Part shown: positions 33,929 through 34,154 of the stretch, piece after piece
Numbering within the stretch: position 1 is the stretch's first letter
Layout of the letters: each line of letters begins with the position of its first letter
DNA from: a virus
Taxonomy: Duplodnaviria > Caudoviricetes
IMG/VR virus record: IMGVR_UViG_3300023184_000332
Location: 1 to 34,154 of that record
Reading direction: 5' to 3' (one strand)
Length of the DNA: 34,154 nucleotides
Position numbers and translations under genes: made by a program
The notes under the pieces: model-generated
What the model was told of the DNA's origin: nothing
Seen by the model: only the letters and a program-made list of their open reading frames with translations
The model's database searches: none

Positions 33929-34154
33929 CCGCCAGATGGCCCACCGGATGGCCCACCGGATGGCCCACCAGATGACCCACCAGATGGCCCACCGGATGAC
34001 CCGCCGGATAACCCACCGGCGGCCCATCACCAGATGACTCACCGGCGGCCACCACCGGCGGCCCGCCAGATGACCCACTAGATGGCCCACCGGCGGCCAC
34101 CACCAGATGACTCACCGGCGGCCACCACCGGCGGCCACCACCAGATGACTCACC
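33929..34154. repeat. GC-rich short tandem repeat array
   Basis: About 18 units of CCACCRGATGRC (12 nt) and (C/T)CACCGGCGGC(CA) (11-13 nt), running off the window end. Confidence 0.9.

Noticed and set aside
33885-34115. ORFs 33885-34115 and 33893-34090 on the minus strand
   Set aside because: Low-complexity translations of the tandem repeat; unit lengths of 11-13 nt do not preserve frame
1-34154. Stop-codon reassignment
   Set aside because: Genes tile densely under the standard code, and TAA, TAG and TGA all terminate recognisable full-length proteins
1-34154. Integrated prophage or lysogeny module
   Set aside because: No integrase, repressor, att site or host genes recognised; lifestyle cannot be settled from this window

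Overview
This window is most of a tailed dsDNA (siphovirus-like, HK97-fold) bacteriophage genome. No host genes, integrase or repressor were recognised. The + strand from 1-13.5 kb is a virion module: papain-like protease, prohead protease, major capsid, head-tail joining genes, tail tube, a frameshifted tail chaperone, tape measure and two Cys-rich proteins. The - strand from 13.5-33.1 kb holds early/replication genes: sigma-70 factor, ThyX, SF2 helicase, SSB-like protein, Prim-Pol, CsrA, YqaJ nuclease, two RuvC-like nucleases, DUF3310 and an ArdA-like first gene. A + strand terminase pair interrupts this block. No portal or classical lysis genes were seen. The most striking signals are: (1) a ~580-nt, densely base-paired, pseudoknotted candidate large ncRNA at ~33250-33830 behind its own promoter; (2) a 24-29 kb array of mosaic mini-genes joined by a recurrent 15-bp 'ATGACACCGCTTGA' element that supplies a start codon plus stops in both other frames; (3) a non-canonical tRNA-like element at 21092-21167; (4) a GC-rich 11-13-bp repeat array at the right end. 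All protein calls come from motif recognition by eye and all RNA helices were paired by hand. No searches were run.
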